Of a DNA stretch of 64,000 nt, positions 1 to 13,029 are shown piece by piece. How positions within the stretch are numbered: the stretch's first letter is position 1; each line of letters opens with the position of its first letter. The stretch spans positions 96,001-160,000 of the forward strand of contig CM000153.2 in the NCBI GenBank assembly GCA_000004695.1, given 5' to 3'. This DNA is from Dictyostelium discoideum. Lineage: Eukaryota. The position numbers were made by a program, and so were the translations under genes. The notes beneath the pieces are model-generated. The model worked only from the letters and a program-made list of their open reading frames with translations, did not search any database and was not told the DNA's origin.

Positions 1-2705
1 ATAATAATAATAATAATTTTAATAATAATTTATCACCAACATTAAATAGTATTTTACCAAATTTAAATAATATAAGTATAAATAGTGGTAGTAATACAAT
101 TGGACCAAATTCTTCAATGTCATCAATTTTATCGCCAAGAATTGGAGAATTTGATGAAAATGGTGTTGATGTATCATCACCTAATAGTAGTAGTTTATCA
201 TCATCATCATCAAATAATCAAATTGAAGAAGAGAAATTTATTGGTTCATGGAGATGTCAAATGGTTGTACCAGTTGGTGTTATACCTGGTCAATTTACAA
301 TCACATCACATTATTTAACATTTGATAAAGATATTCAAATTGTTGATCAACGTACTGGTAGAACATTTTCACCATCATTAAATGGTATTCAACAACAGCA
401 GCAGCAACAGCAAGATCAAGATTTTGGTAGTGTTAAAATTAAAAATACTTATATTTGGAAAGTTAAGGATTTAGTTGAAATTCATAGAGTTAGATATTTA
501 TTAAGATGGAATTCAATAGAGATCTTTTTAAATCATAAATCATATATGATCAATTTTAGTAAGGAACAAGAATCCATTCAAATCTTTAATAAAATCGTTG
601 CATTACATCCACCCAATTTAAGGGTGAAATGGTCTGATCATCCATCGAAAATTATAAAGAAATCAAAGTTAACAATGAAATGGAAGAATAGAGAGATTTC
701 AAATTTCGAATATCTAATGTCATTGAATACTATCGCAGGTAGAACCTATAATGATATCTCTCAATATCCAGTTTTCCCACAAATCATTTCAGATTATAAA
801 TCTGAATTTTTAGATTTAAATGATAGTCGTTCCTTTAGAGATTTATCTAAACCAATGGGTGCATTGAATCAACAAAGGTTAGATACATTGATTAAACGTT
901 ATCAATCGATGCAGTCTGCTCAAGATCCAACTATGCCTCCATTCCTCTATGGTTCTCATTATAGTAATTTCGGTATTGTAGCTTATTATCAAGTTCGTTT
1001 AGAACCATTCACTTCCTTTCATCTGTCATTGCAAAGTGGTGTTTTCGATCATCCTCAAAGAATGTTTGAATCGATGGATAAAATGTGGGATGGTGTCTCT
1101 GGTAATAATTTAGCAGATGTAAAAGAATTGATTCCAGAGTTTTTCTATATGCCAGAGTTTATAAACAATGGTGAGGGTTTTAATTTTGGTTTCACAAATT
1201 CAAAGAGTGGTGATTTAATATTACCAAATTGGGCTCATCAATCACCTGAACTATTCATTCAAATCAATAGAGAGGCATTGGAATCTGAATATGTATCTAT
1301 GAATCTTCATCATTGGATTGATTTAATATTTGGTTTTAAACAAAATGGTCCAGCTGCTCAAGAGGCTAATAACGTATTCTTTCATCTTACCTATGAGAAT
1401 AATGCTGCATTACAACGTGATGATCCTGATGAACGTCAATCTATTGCTTCACAAATTAAAGAGTTTGGTCAAACTCCACCACAATTATTTTCAAAACCAC
1501 ATCCAATTCGTAAAACTCTTCAAGAGATTTCAAAACCACAAAAAGATTTATTTGCAAGAATTGCTCAAAATTTATTTAGTCCTTCAAATAATGGTACGAT
1601 TAATTCAAGTTTCTCATCGACTTCGACATCAACATCGACATCATCACCACCACCATCAACATTGAATTCACCACAAGGTCCATCACTTCAATATCCATTT
1701 AAAGTTTTAAAAACTAAAAGTAGTTTACCATTAGTTCATATTAGTAGTTGTCAAGATAGTGATATTGTTGTTTTAGTTTATAGAGATGGTGTAATGGCTG
1801 TTAATCAATTCGTACCATCACCAAATGGTAATTTACCATTCACTTTTGATATTGATAAAACTTTATCAACCTATAAAGAGAAACAAATCGATACTTTATT
1901 CATGTCTGATAGTGTAACTTGTATATCAAATTGTTTTGCAATTACACCCGATGGTAAATTTATGTTTTCTTGTGCCACTTGGGATAGTGTATTCAAATGT
2001 TCAAATATTCAAAATGGTCGTGTTCATAGATTGTATCGTGATTTTCATCATGATATGGTCACTTGTATTTCATTGGGTTCAAATGGTAAACATTTTGCAA
2101 CCGCTTCAAGTGATACAACAATACTGGTTTGGAATGATGTTGATCATTTAATTAAAGATTCAAAAGCAAAACCATCCTATCGTCTTTGTAGTCATGATGA
2201 ACCAGTTCATTGTTTAGATATCAATGAGGAATGGGATCTAATCGCTTCGGGTTCAATGGATAAGAAATTAATACTTCATTCATTGGGTAAAGGTCATTAT
2301 CAACGTTCAATGATTCATAATGGTGCTGTGGAAATCGTTAAGATCTCTACTGTCGGTCAAACAATTATAAGCTATTGTTCAATGTCTTTTCTTTATGTTC
2401 ATTCTTTTAATGGAAAATTATTAAAGATTCAACAATCTGATGAAAAAATTTATGATGCAAAGTTAACTGGTGAATCTGTCAAAAAAGGTGGGGTTTTAGG
2501 TGTTGGTTCTTCAACTCAATATCTTGTTACTGGTGGTACTCGTGGTGTTAAAGTTCGTTCTTTACCAGACTTAAATATTGTTCATGCTTTCGATAGTCCT
2601 GCTGCAATTAAAACAATTGAATTGGTTGCTCATGAAAAATATATGTTAATTGGTTTAAATGATGGTAATTTAGTAATCATTCCATTTGATGTTAAAGATT
2701 TATAA
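1..2705 (+). CDS. BEACH-domain protein (Lvs/LYST/neurobeachin family), C-terminal part: PH-like, BEACH and WD40 domains. The 5' end lies upstream of the window.
   Basis: The frame is open from base 3 (NNNNNFNNNLSPTLNS...) through the ATG at 117 to the stop at 2705. BEACH motifs are present: NREISNFEYLMSLNTIAGRTYNDISQYPVFPQII, GSHYSNFGIVAYYQVRLEPFT, LIPEFFYMPEF, HWIDLIFGFKQNGPAA. A PH-like region precedes them (GSWRCQMVVPVGVIPGQFTITSHYLTFD) and WD40-like repeats follow (TCISLGSNGKHFATASSDTTILVWN; LIASGSMDKKLILHS). There is no intron in this stretch. I cannot say which lvs paralogue it is. Confidence 0.85.
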   Translation, partial: NNNNNFNNNLSPTLNSILPNLNNISINSGSNTIGPNSSMSSILSPRIGEFDENGVDVSSPNSSSLSSSSSNNQIEEEKFIGSWRCQMVVPVGVIPGQFTITSHYLTFDKDIQIVDQRTGRTFSPSLNGIQQQQQQQQDQDFGSVKIKNTYIWKVKDLVEIHRVRYLLRWNSIEIFLNHKSYMINFSKEQESIQIFNKIVALHPPNLRVKWSDHPSKIIKKSKLTMKWKNREISNFEYLMSLNTIAGRTYNDISQYPVFPQIISDYKSEFLDLNDSRSFRDLSKPMGALNQQRLDTLIKRYQSMQSAQDPTMPPFLYGSHYSNFGIVAYYQVRLEPFTSFHLSLQSGVFDHPQRMFESMDKMWDGVSGNNLADVKELIPEFFYMPEFINNGEGFNFGFTNSKSGDLILPNWAHQSPELFIQINREALESEYVSMNLHHWIDLIFGFKQNGPAAQEANNVFFHLTYENNAALQRDDPDERQSIASQIKEFGQTPPQLFSKPHPIRKTLQEISKPQKDLFARIAQNLFSPSNNGTINSSFSSTSTSTSTSSPPPSTLNSPQGPSLQYPFKVLKTKSSLPLVHISSCQDSDIVVLVYRDGVMAVNQFVPSPNGNLPFTFDIDKTLSTYKEKQIDTLFMSDSVTCISNCFAITPDGKFMFSCATWDSVFKCSNIQNGRVHRLYRDFHHDMVTCISLGSNGKHFATASSDTTILVWNDVDHLIKDSKAKPSYRLCSHDEPVHCLDINEEWDLIASGSMDKKLILHSLGKGHYQRSMIHNGAVEIVKISTVGQTIISYCSMSFLYVHSFNGKLLKIQQSDEKIYDAKLTGESVKKGGVLGVGSSTQYLVTGGTRGVKVRSLPDLNIVHAFDSPAAIKTIELVAHEKYMLIGLNDGNLVIIPFDVKDL

Positions 2706-2814
2706 AAAAAATAAAAAAATAAATAAAAATAAAAAAAAAAATAATAATAATAAATTAAAGGATTAGATTGGGGGAGGGTTATATAGAAAAAATTAAAGAT
2801 AGTTATTTATTCAT

Positions 2815-3660
2815 TTATTGTTTTTTTTTTAAAATATTTGAAATGAATAATGAAATGATTATTAAAATTGATAATAGATTTTGAAAGATATTTCTGGCAT
2901 CAGAGTATTGATGAACATCATCAGATTGAGTTAAATATTTGAATACTTTTGATTTGCCACTTTTACCATTGGCTGAAACATTGATAAATATCATTTCACC
3001 ATTTTTTATATTATTATTGGTTGTTTGAATAAAACATGTTATCATTGTATCATTAATATAATTTGGTTCATTACAATTTAAAATATCAATACCACTACTA
3101 TTACCACTACCATTACTACAAATTATTGTAACTTTATCAATTGGATAATAGAAATCATTACCAATAATTGTTAAAATACCTCCTTGTTTTAAATTAATTA
3201 TACTATTTTGATTAATTGATGGTTATTTATAGATTATATTAAATGTTGATACTATTTTATTATTATTGTCAAATTGAATCACCAACTGTTATTGATATAT
3301 TAATATTATTTGACGATGGTGATCAAGTTAATCTATTACCATTAATTATTAATAAACCACCTTTTAATTTTGGAATACTATTTACACTTGTTGGAATTGG
3401 TGGACATGTAATTTGAAATTTATTTGGCCAATAATCACAACAACCAACTTGAACATTTAATTTTGATGAGAATGGATCTGAATAATTAAATTTTAATTTA
3501 ATATTTTCAAAATCAACTGAAATAATATCATTTGGATCAAAAGTATTATTATCAATTTTAACAGCAACCAAATTTGATTATTGTATTAATTTGTACCAGT
3601 TATATCAAGTACTGATTCAATAATATCAATATTTTCAAATTTTGGATCTTGATATGTAGT
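2815..3660 (-). pseudogene. Fragment or pseudogene of an IPT/TIG-domain cell-surface protein (tgr-like family). Three coding segments lie in three different frames, with a C-terminal TM anchor.
   Basis: Minus-strand translation gives NTTYQDPKFENIDIIESVLDITGTN*, then (+1) SNLVAVKIDNNTFDPNDIISVDFENIKLKFNYSDPFSSKLNVQVGCCDYWPNKFQITCPPIPTSVNSIPKLKGGLLIINGNRLT*, then (another frame) NQNSIINLKQGGILTIIGNDFYYPIDKVTIICSNGSGNSSGIDILNCNEPNYINDTMITCFIQ...LLSILIIISLFISNIL-KKKQ*. The P.I..S..P..G...GG..I.I.G.N ... C pattern is typical of IPT/TIG repeats. I could not find GT-AG introns that reconcile the frames, so I call it a degenerate copy, or a gene with unusual splicing. Confidence 0.4.
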
Positions 3661-3974
3661 ATTTTATAGTGCTTCGCTGGTCAATGAAGCACTAACTCCT
3701 ACCTGCTTGTGCCTTGAGTCATTAATGACCTAAAATAATTTTTTTTTTTTTTTTAATTATCCAAGAAACTAACCATAGTCATCATTATTTTTTGAGTTTA
3801 AATTTTGGAATAGGCAACTGGTGGTATTAGATTTTTTTTAATTTTTTTTAATTTTTTTCAAATTTTTCTTTTTTTTTATTTTTTTTATTTTTTTTTTTTT
3901 TTTTTTTTTTAAAAAAAAATCTAAAAAATACGATTTATAAAAAAAAAAAAAAAAAAAAAATAATAAAAAAAAAA

Positions 3975-5720
3975 ATGATTTTTAATAAACCAAGTTTAAG
4001 AAATCATTTACCAAAACGTTTAACATTTAAAAAATTAATAAAAAAAGAAAAATATGTTAATACCAATCCAAAATATAATAGAGACAATAATTGTATTCAA
4101 GATATAAAGGTTACCAATGAAGATAGATTATCAAGAAAAATATTAAATAGTTTAGTATTTCATGATGTTTTGGAACATTTAATGGTAAAGATGAAATTTG
4201 AACAACTTTTAGAGCTATCATTAGTATCGAAAACAACATTCAATCTTATTAGGTCTCAACTGTCATTCAATTTTCAACATTATAAATTCAATATTGGATC
4301 ATTCGTTGGTGTTAGAAATTACATATCGGATACATTAGAAAAAGAAATGGATGATCCAAACATATATCAATGTAAACTTTTACCATTCAGAGAAATGGAA
4401 TATATTGCAATGGAATTTGATTCAGATCAACATAAAACCGAAATTTACAATGACTCACATGGTTATGTGTTTAGACAAACAAAGAAATTTAAAAAACTCT
4501 TTAGCTCAACTTGTACAAATCTAAAGAAAGTTCATATTTTAATGAATATTTGTGCACATTTTATAACGGCTCAAGAAATAGATTTTGAAAGAAAATCAGT
4601 ATCCGATCAATTTAAAAGTTCAACATCAGTTGAAATTAAAAAGAAGGCAAGAATGGAATTAATTAGAGATTACTCTCATAACGGATTCTTTACCTATGAA
4701 ACATTAATATTTAATTTAAACATGACATCAATTCCAGTTTCAGATGAACAAGAATTTTATGAACATAGAACATATAAACAACAACCATTTGAACAACCTT
4801 TACCTGCTTTTAAATTTTCATTTAAATTAATTAATAAATATCAACCGAGAGTACTTATAATTAGATATATTCCACCAGCATCATCATCACCACCTGAAGA
4901 AGAATTGGATGTACAATATCCAATATCAGTTTTTAATTTAATAAATTTTGAAAATATTTTTAATTTCCCATCAATTGAAATCGTCAAATTCTTTGATGTG
5001 CCAATTTCAAAATCATTTATAAGGAAACTTTTCACACAAAAAACATGTAAAATTAAAAAATTATTTTTAACAGGTTCTGAAGTTTCCCATTCGATTATTA
5101 GTGAAATCTCATTGGCTTTGGTTGAAAATAAAACAATGTTGAAACAACTTTGTTTAAATACAAATTCCCCAAGAAAGATTTTTCTATTTCAAGCAAATTC
5201 TTTACAACAAAGTTTATTATATCATAAATTTGCATATAAAGATGAAAGAGAAACTTTAGATATAATTCCAAATGATTTCTTTGAAAATTTAAAAATTTTA
5301 ACTCATTTTCATTCTTTAACTTGTATGGATTTATCAAGTCTTACTTTTAATTTAACTAAACTTTTACCTTTAAAACAAATTTTATCACTAGAGAAATTAA
5401 AATATCATTTTCGTTCAAATTATGATGTCTCTCTTTTAAATATTCTATTAGAATATTGTAGAGATCAAAATAATGAAATCATTCAATTAAAATGTATTTT
5501 CGATGATATAAAATCAGTTGGTGATTACTTTAAAGCATTCATTCAATTCTTTTATAATTATACTCTACCAGATAATTATCCACCTTGGTACTTTACTATT
5601 AATATTAAAATTATTGATAAATCTTTCCAAAAAAAAGAATATTTTATTGATTATTTAGAATTAAAATATAAATTATTAAATTCTTCTGAAAATAAACAAA
5701 TTAATGTTATAATAAAATAA
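3975..5720 (+). CDS. Hypothetical protein, 581 aa, with an N-terminal F-box-like motif and C-terminal leucine-rich-repeat-like region.
   Basis: Single long ORF with typical codon usage. An F-box-like stretch is VFHDVLEHLMVKMKFEQLLELSLVSKTTFNLIRS. C-terminal LRR-like segments include LKILTHFHSLTCMDLSSLTFNLTKLLPLKQILSLEKLKY. Family assignment is from motif resemblance only. Confidence 0.55.
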   Translation: MIFNKPSLRNHLPKRLTFKKLIKKEKYVNTNPKYNRDNNCIQDIKVTNEDRLSRKILNSLVFHDVLEHLMVKMKFEQLLELSLVSKTTFNLIRSQLSFNFQHYKFNIGSFVGVRNYISDTLEKEMDDPNIYQCKLLPFREMEYIAMEFDSDQHKTEIYNDSHGYVFRQTKKFKKLFSSTCTNLKKVHILMNICAHFITAQEIDFERKSVSDQFKSSTSVEIKKKARMELIRDYSHNGFFTYETLIFNLNMTSIPVSDEQEFYEHRTYKQQPFEQPLPAFKFSFKLINKYQPRVLIIRYIPPASSSPPEEELDVQYPISVFNLINFENIFNFPSIEIVKFFDVPISKSFIRKLFTQKTCKIKKLFLTGSEVSHSIISEISLALVENKTMLKQLCLNTNSPRKIFLFQANSLQQSLLYHKFAYKDERETLDIIPNDFFENLKILTHFHSLTCMDLSSLTFNLTKLLPLKQILSLEKLKYHFRSNYDVSLLNILLEYCRDQNNEIIQLKCIFDDIKSVGDYFKAFIQFFYNYTLPDNYPPWYFTINIKIIDKSFQKKEYFIDYLELKYKLLNSSENKQINVIIK

Positions 5721-6022
5721 ATAAAAAAAAATAAAAAAATAAAAAAATAAAAATAAAAGTTGTAACTTTAAAAATTTAAAATAAAAAGGTTGGAGGTAAA
5801 AAAAAACTCAAACATCACCATCACCATCGTCATCTCACTATATATATTTTACTATTTTTGATTAATATAACTAATAGTTGGTAATAAATAATTGATAATT
5901 TCTTAAAAATTAATTTTTATTGATTTTTTTATTTTTAATTGATTTTTAACTTTATTTAAATTAAACATAAATCGTTTATTTTTTTATTTTTTATTTTTAT
6001 TTTTATCTTTTTTTTATTGTTA

Positions 6023-8770
<2,748 letters not shown>

Positions 8771-9575
8771 TTTGATACTTGTGGTAAAATTTTATCTTTT
8801 GGTCAAAAATAAAAAAAATAAAAAAAATAAAAAAAATAAAAAAATAAAAAAAATTAAAAAAAATAAAAAAAAATTAAAAAAATAAAAAAATAAAAAAAAC
8901 TCTTGGTATTAATTATAAAAATAAAAAGATATAGAATCTACAACTATCATATTAATATATGTCTACTTATTTATAAATAATTTTAAAAAGAATATTTAAA
9001 AATTAAAAAAAAAAAAAAAAAGACAAATTCGCTCAATATTCCGAAATTACAAAATTCACCATATAAGGGGACCGACAAAGTGTTTTAATTTTTACAAATA
9101 TTTATATTGCGAAACATTTTAAAAGAATATATTTTTTTTTTTTTGCATAAAAATTTCTTTATTATTTATTTTTTTTTTTTTAATTTTAATTTTTTTTCAA
9201 AAATGTATACCATAAAAATAGTAGCATAACTAAATTATAACTAAAGTTTGCTGTGGAGATGGAACATTTAATTTGTTCTTGCCAGATCACAACACCTATA
9301 AGTTAATAGATTATCTGATTACGGTGGGAAAAAATGATTTGGCGTTGATATAGTAAAGATTATAAATGAAAAATATTTTTTTTTCAAGGTTAATAGTATA
9401 TTCACACATTTATGGGTCTTTTTTTTTTTTTTTATTTTATTCTTTTTTTCATTTTTTCAATTTTTTTTTTTAGAAAAATTTGAATTATTCCAAAAAAAAA
9501 AAAAAAAAAAAACAAAGCGGGAAGGCAACACTTTTTTTTAAAAATTATTTCAAATAACAGCTAAAATTGTAAAAA

Positions 9576-10310
9576 ATGGGAAAAAGAGATAAAAAAATAA
9601 TAATAGAAGAACCAGAAGAACTAGAGGAAGCAGAAGATGTTTTTGAAGTTGAAAAAATTTTAGATAAAAGAGTTCAGCATGGAAGGATTCAATATAATGT
9701 AAGATGGATAGGATTTTCATCAGATTATGATACATGGGAAGATGAAGATAATGTTGCAGGTTGTCCAGAACTAGTTAAAGAATTTGAAAGTTCAAGACAA
9801 CAAGAAAAAAAAAAAAGTAAAAAAAGAAAACATACTATAATTAACGACGATCCAACTGCAGTAGAAATATCATCATCATCATCACCACCAACCACCAAAC
9901 CTTCATCATCAACAACAGCAGCAGCACCAGCATCATCATCAGCATCAGTAACAACAAAAACAGCAACAGCAACAGTAACAACAGATACATATTTTTCTAA
10001 TAATACTACATCAACACACCAAAAAACAAATCATTCAGTTGAGGTTGAAGAAAATATAAAAAATGAATATATAAAATTTGGTGTACCTTATATTGAAGGT
10101 GTTGGTTTTGAAAATGGTCATTGTGTTGAGGAGGTTATAGGTTGTAAACCCTTTGGTCAAGATAATACACTATTTTTCTTTGTTAAATGGAGAGACCAAG
10201 AAAAATTATCTTGGGTACCAAATGAAATCCTTAAACATAAAGAACCATTACAATTAATTGAGTTTTATGAAAGTAGACTTAAATTTGGTTATAGTGGTCA
10301 GCCAAGTTAA
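9576..10310 (+). CDS. Heterochromatin protein 1 (HP1) homologue with an N-terminal chromodomain and C-terminal chromoshadow domain, 244 aa.
   Basis: The chromodomain is EDVFEVEKILDKRVQHGRIQYNVRWIGFSSDYDTWEDEDNVAGCPELVKEFE. The chromoshadow domain is CVEEVIGCKPFGQDNTLFFFVKWRDQEKLSWVPNEILKHKEPLQLIEFYESRLKF. A Ser/Thr/Ala-rich hinge separates them. Dictyostelium has HcpA/HcpB/HcpC, and I cannot tell which paralogue this is. Confidence 0.85.
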   Translation: MGKRDKKIIIEEPEELEEAEDVFEVEKILDKRVQHGRIQYNVRWIGFSSDYDTWEDEDNVAGCPELVKEFESSRQQEKKKSKKRKHTIINDDPTAVEISSSSSPPTTKPSSSTTAAAPASSSASVTTKTATATVTTDTYFSNNTTSTHQKTNHSVEVEENIKNEYIKFGVPYIEGVGFENGHCVEEVIGCKPFGQDNTLFFFVKWRDQEKLSWVPNEILKHKEPLQLIEFYESRLKFGYSGQPS

Positions 10311-11110
10311 AAAATAAAAAAAAAAAAAAAATAAAAAACGAAGGATAAAAAAAAAAAAATAAAAAAATAAAAAAAAAGAAAACATCTGTACTTTATTAAT
10401 CTTAAATCTTCAAACAATTTCTTTTTTTTTTTTTTTTTTTTTTTAAATCTTTCAATAAAATATATTTCCTCATTTTTCTTCAAAACAAAAAGATAATTAC
10501 AAAAAATGAATGACAAATAATTAAATTCTAAAAATAAAAAAACATTCATTTTATGTATTTTATATTTTGTGTATTTTATGGGTATTCTATTTTTTTATAC
10601 AAAATCGATATTAAAATAAAAAAATTAATTGATTATTTTTTTAAAAAAAAAAATAAAAATAAAAAATAAAAATAATTTAAAAATAAATCAGATTCTCATT
10701 GTTTGGATGGGGTAATTTTTTTGATTATTTATTTTTTTTAATCAAATTTTAAAACGAATAATAAAAACAAATAAATTAATCCAATAAAAAAAATATAAAA
10801 TATAAAATAAAATTAATTATAATATCAAACCTTCTATTTTTTTATTTTTTTTTTTTTTTCTTTTTAAAAGAAAAAATTTAATAAAAACATTTATATTTTT
10901 TTTTTTATTAACAAAAAGAAATCCTCAAAAATATGAAAAAAAAAAAAAATAAAATAAAATTTAAAAAATATCTTGAACATCAAAGAAACTAAAATGTCAA
11001 AATGTTCGTTAATTTCCCAATGGACCATATTTTTTTTGTATTGGGGTGGTTTTTTTTTTTTTTAAAAATAGAATTTTTTTATAAAAAAAATAAAAAAAAT
11101 AAAAAAAAAA

Positions 11111-11145
<35 letters not shown>

Positions 11146-11174
11146 CCTTTTTACTAAAAATATAATAAAGAAGT

Positions 11175-11750
11175 ATGGTTATAAATAAATTAATATTATT
11201 AATTTTATTATTTTTTTGTAAAATTTCATATGTTTTTACACAAAAATTACCAGATGGATTTTGTCCATCACCTTTAATTTATAAAAATTCAACTGACAGA
11301 ATTAGTGATATCAATAGAGGTTATCAATTTATTGGAGAAACAAATTGTGTACAACCTTGTCCATCTTTGGTTTATTCAGAATCTGATTGGAAAAATTTTT
11401 TTGATGCTAGTTTATATGGTGGAGCAATTTCCATATTTTGTTCATTATTTTTATTAATAACCTATAGTCCATTAGTAAATAATAAACATAATAGACATAC
11501 TATTTCAATTATGTTTTTATTTTCTGGAATTTTTATAATGTTGGCATCAAATGGAAGAGTTTTTTGGAATAATAATGAAGGATATTTTGATAGAATTTGC
11601 CCTGAAAAAGGTAGATTTGCAAGACAATCTGATAGATATTGTTTAGCTATGGGAATATTTTATCAATTTGGTTGTTTAACTGGAATGATGTATGTAATTA
11701 TTGATCAATTATAAAAACAAGAAAATAGTAAATTATTAATAAATTATTTT

Positions 11751-11792
<42 letters not shown>

Positions 11793-12589
11793 GGTGGTGG
11801 ACAACATTATCTGTTGATGTATGGATGACAATTAAAAAGATTAAAATTTCAAATCGTCAAATATTTTATTATGCTTGTATTGTTAATTTTTTAGCGATTT
11901 TCTTAACATTTATACCAATTGCAAGAGATCAATATGGTGCTTCAAATTTTGGAATTGGTTGTTGGATTTTAGGTTTGTGGGATCAAGTTTTTGGATTTTG
12001 GGCACCATTAGGTATTTGTTTAACAATTGGTTGTATATTTATTACTCTTATAATGTATGAAATTTATAAAGCAACAGGTCAAATTAAAAAGAAATTATTA
12101 TTAAAATATTATAAACCACTCGTTTTGATAATTTTAATGTTTTTTGAATTTTTTTATATGTTTATTTTCATAACATATATTATTGATCATAGAAATAAAT
12201 ATAATGATGAAGTTGCTGAATATATAGTTTGTATATTAATAAATTCTGGAAATCCAAATTATGATGAAATTTGTAAAATTAAAAGATCAATTCCTCCTGC
12301 AGCTCAATTTTTATTCTTTTTATTTTCTAGATTAATGGGTTTTGAAGGTGTAATTTTCTATGGATTAACTAATCAAACTAAAAGAATATGGTTAAGATCA
12401 TTTTGGTTTAATAATAGAATTTCATTAAAATTTAGATCTTCTTTTAATATTTCTTCAAGTACAAATAGTAGTACAAATACATTTGAAAAACAAACTCCAT
12501 CACATTTAGTTGACCCAATTGATCAATTTGATAATATTGAAATTTCAAATAATCAAAATATAGAATTATCTCAAATCGAAAACAAATAA
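11175..12589 (+). CDS. Frizzled/smoothened-like 7TM receptor lacking the CRD (Fsl family). Two exons, 11175-11689 and 11794-12589, about 436 aa.
   Basis: Exon 1 has a signal peptide, a Cys-containing linker ([10 protein letters not shown]...[10 protein letters not shown]) and TM1-3. It ends ...GMM with the GTATGT donor at 11690 in phase 2. The acceptor is tag|G at 11794. Exon 2 (G|[15 protein letters not shown]...) carries TM4-7, followed by a frizzled-like K-T-x-x-x-W type motif ([15 protein letters not shown]). The junction is supported by the 7TM topology continuing across it. Confidence 0.6.
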
Positions 12590-13029
12590 AAAAAAAAATT
12601 AAAAAAAAATTAAAATAATAAAAAAAAAAAAAAATTAAAAAAAAAAAATAAAAAACCAAAATGTAGTTTTAGACTATCATTAGATGATTTAATTTGAAGA
12701 GAAAAAAAAATATCTTTTGTTGATTTGATTTAAAAAAAAAAAAAAAATTTGATTAGCAAAGCAAAGCGGCAGTGGTTTACAAAAAAAAAAAATTTTGTAA
12801 AGGGGAAGATTAAAAAAAAAAAATAATTAAAAAAAAAAAATATATTTTTGATCTTAGGTTTTGTGATTTTTAAAAATTAAGTACCCCATATTAAACAAAT
12901 TTTAACTAAATTTTGTAGTATGATGGTTTTTTTTTTTTTTTTTTATTGATTACTTTTACTTTTTTTTTTTTTTTATTACTATTATTTAAATTATTCTGTA
13001 TTTAATTATTTTAAAAAATATAAATAAAA

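Noticed and set aside
3668-3730. Box C/D snoRNA interpretation of the small G/C island
   Set aside because: There are no proper RUGAUGA or CUGA boxes (only aatgaag and ttgag). It is kept only as a generic ncRNA candidate in the findings.
10307-10549. Short Phe/Lys-rich ORFs in A/T spacers (also 12444-12659, 15567-15767, 22633-22854, 29890-30234, 38743-39000, 60573-60863)
   Set aside because: They are homopolymer and low-complexity translations of poly-A/T spacer. 60573-60863 is antisense to, or intronic in, the large plus-strand gene.
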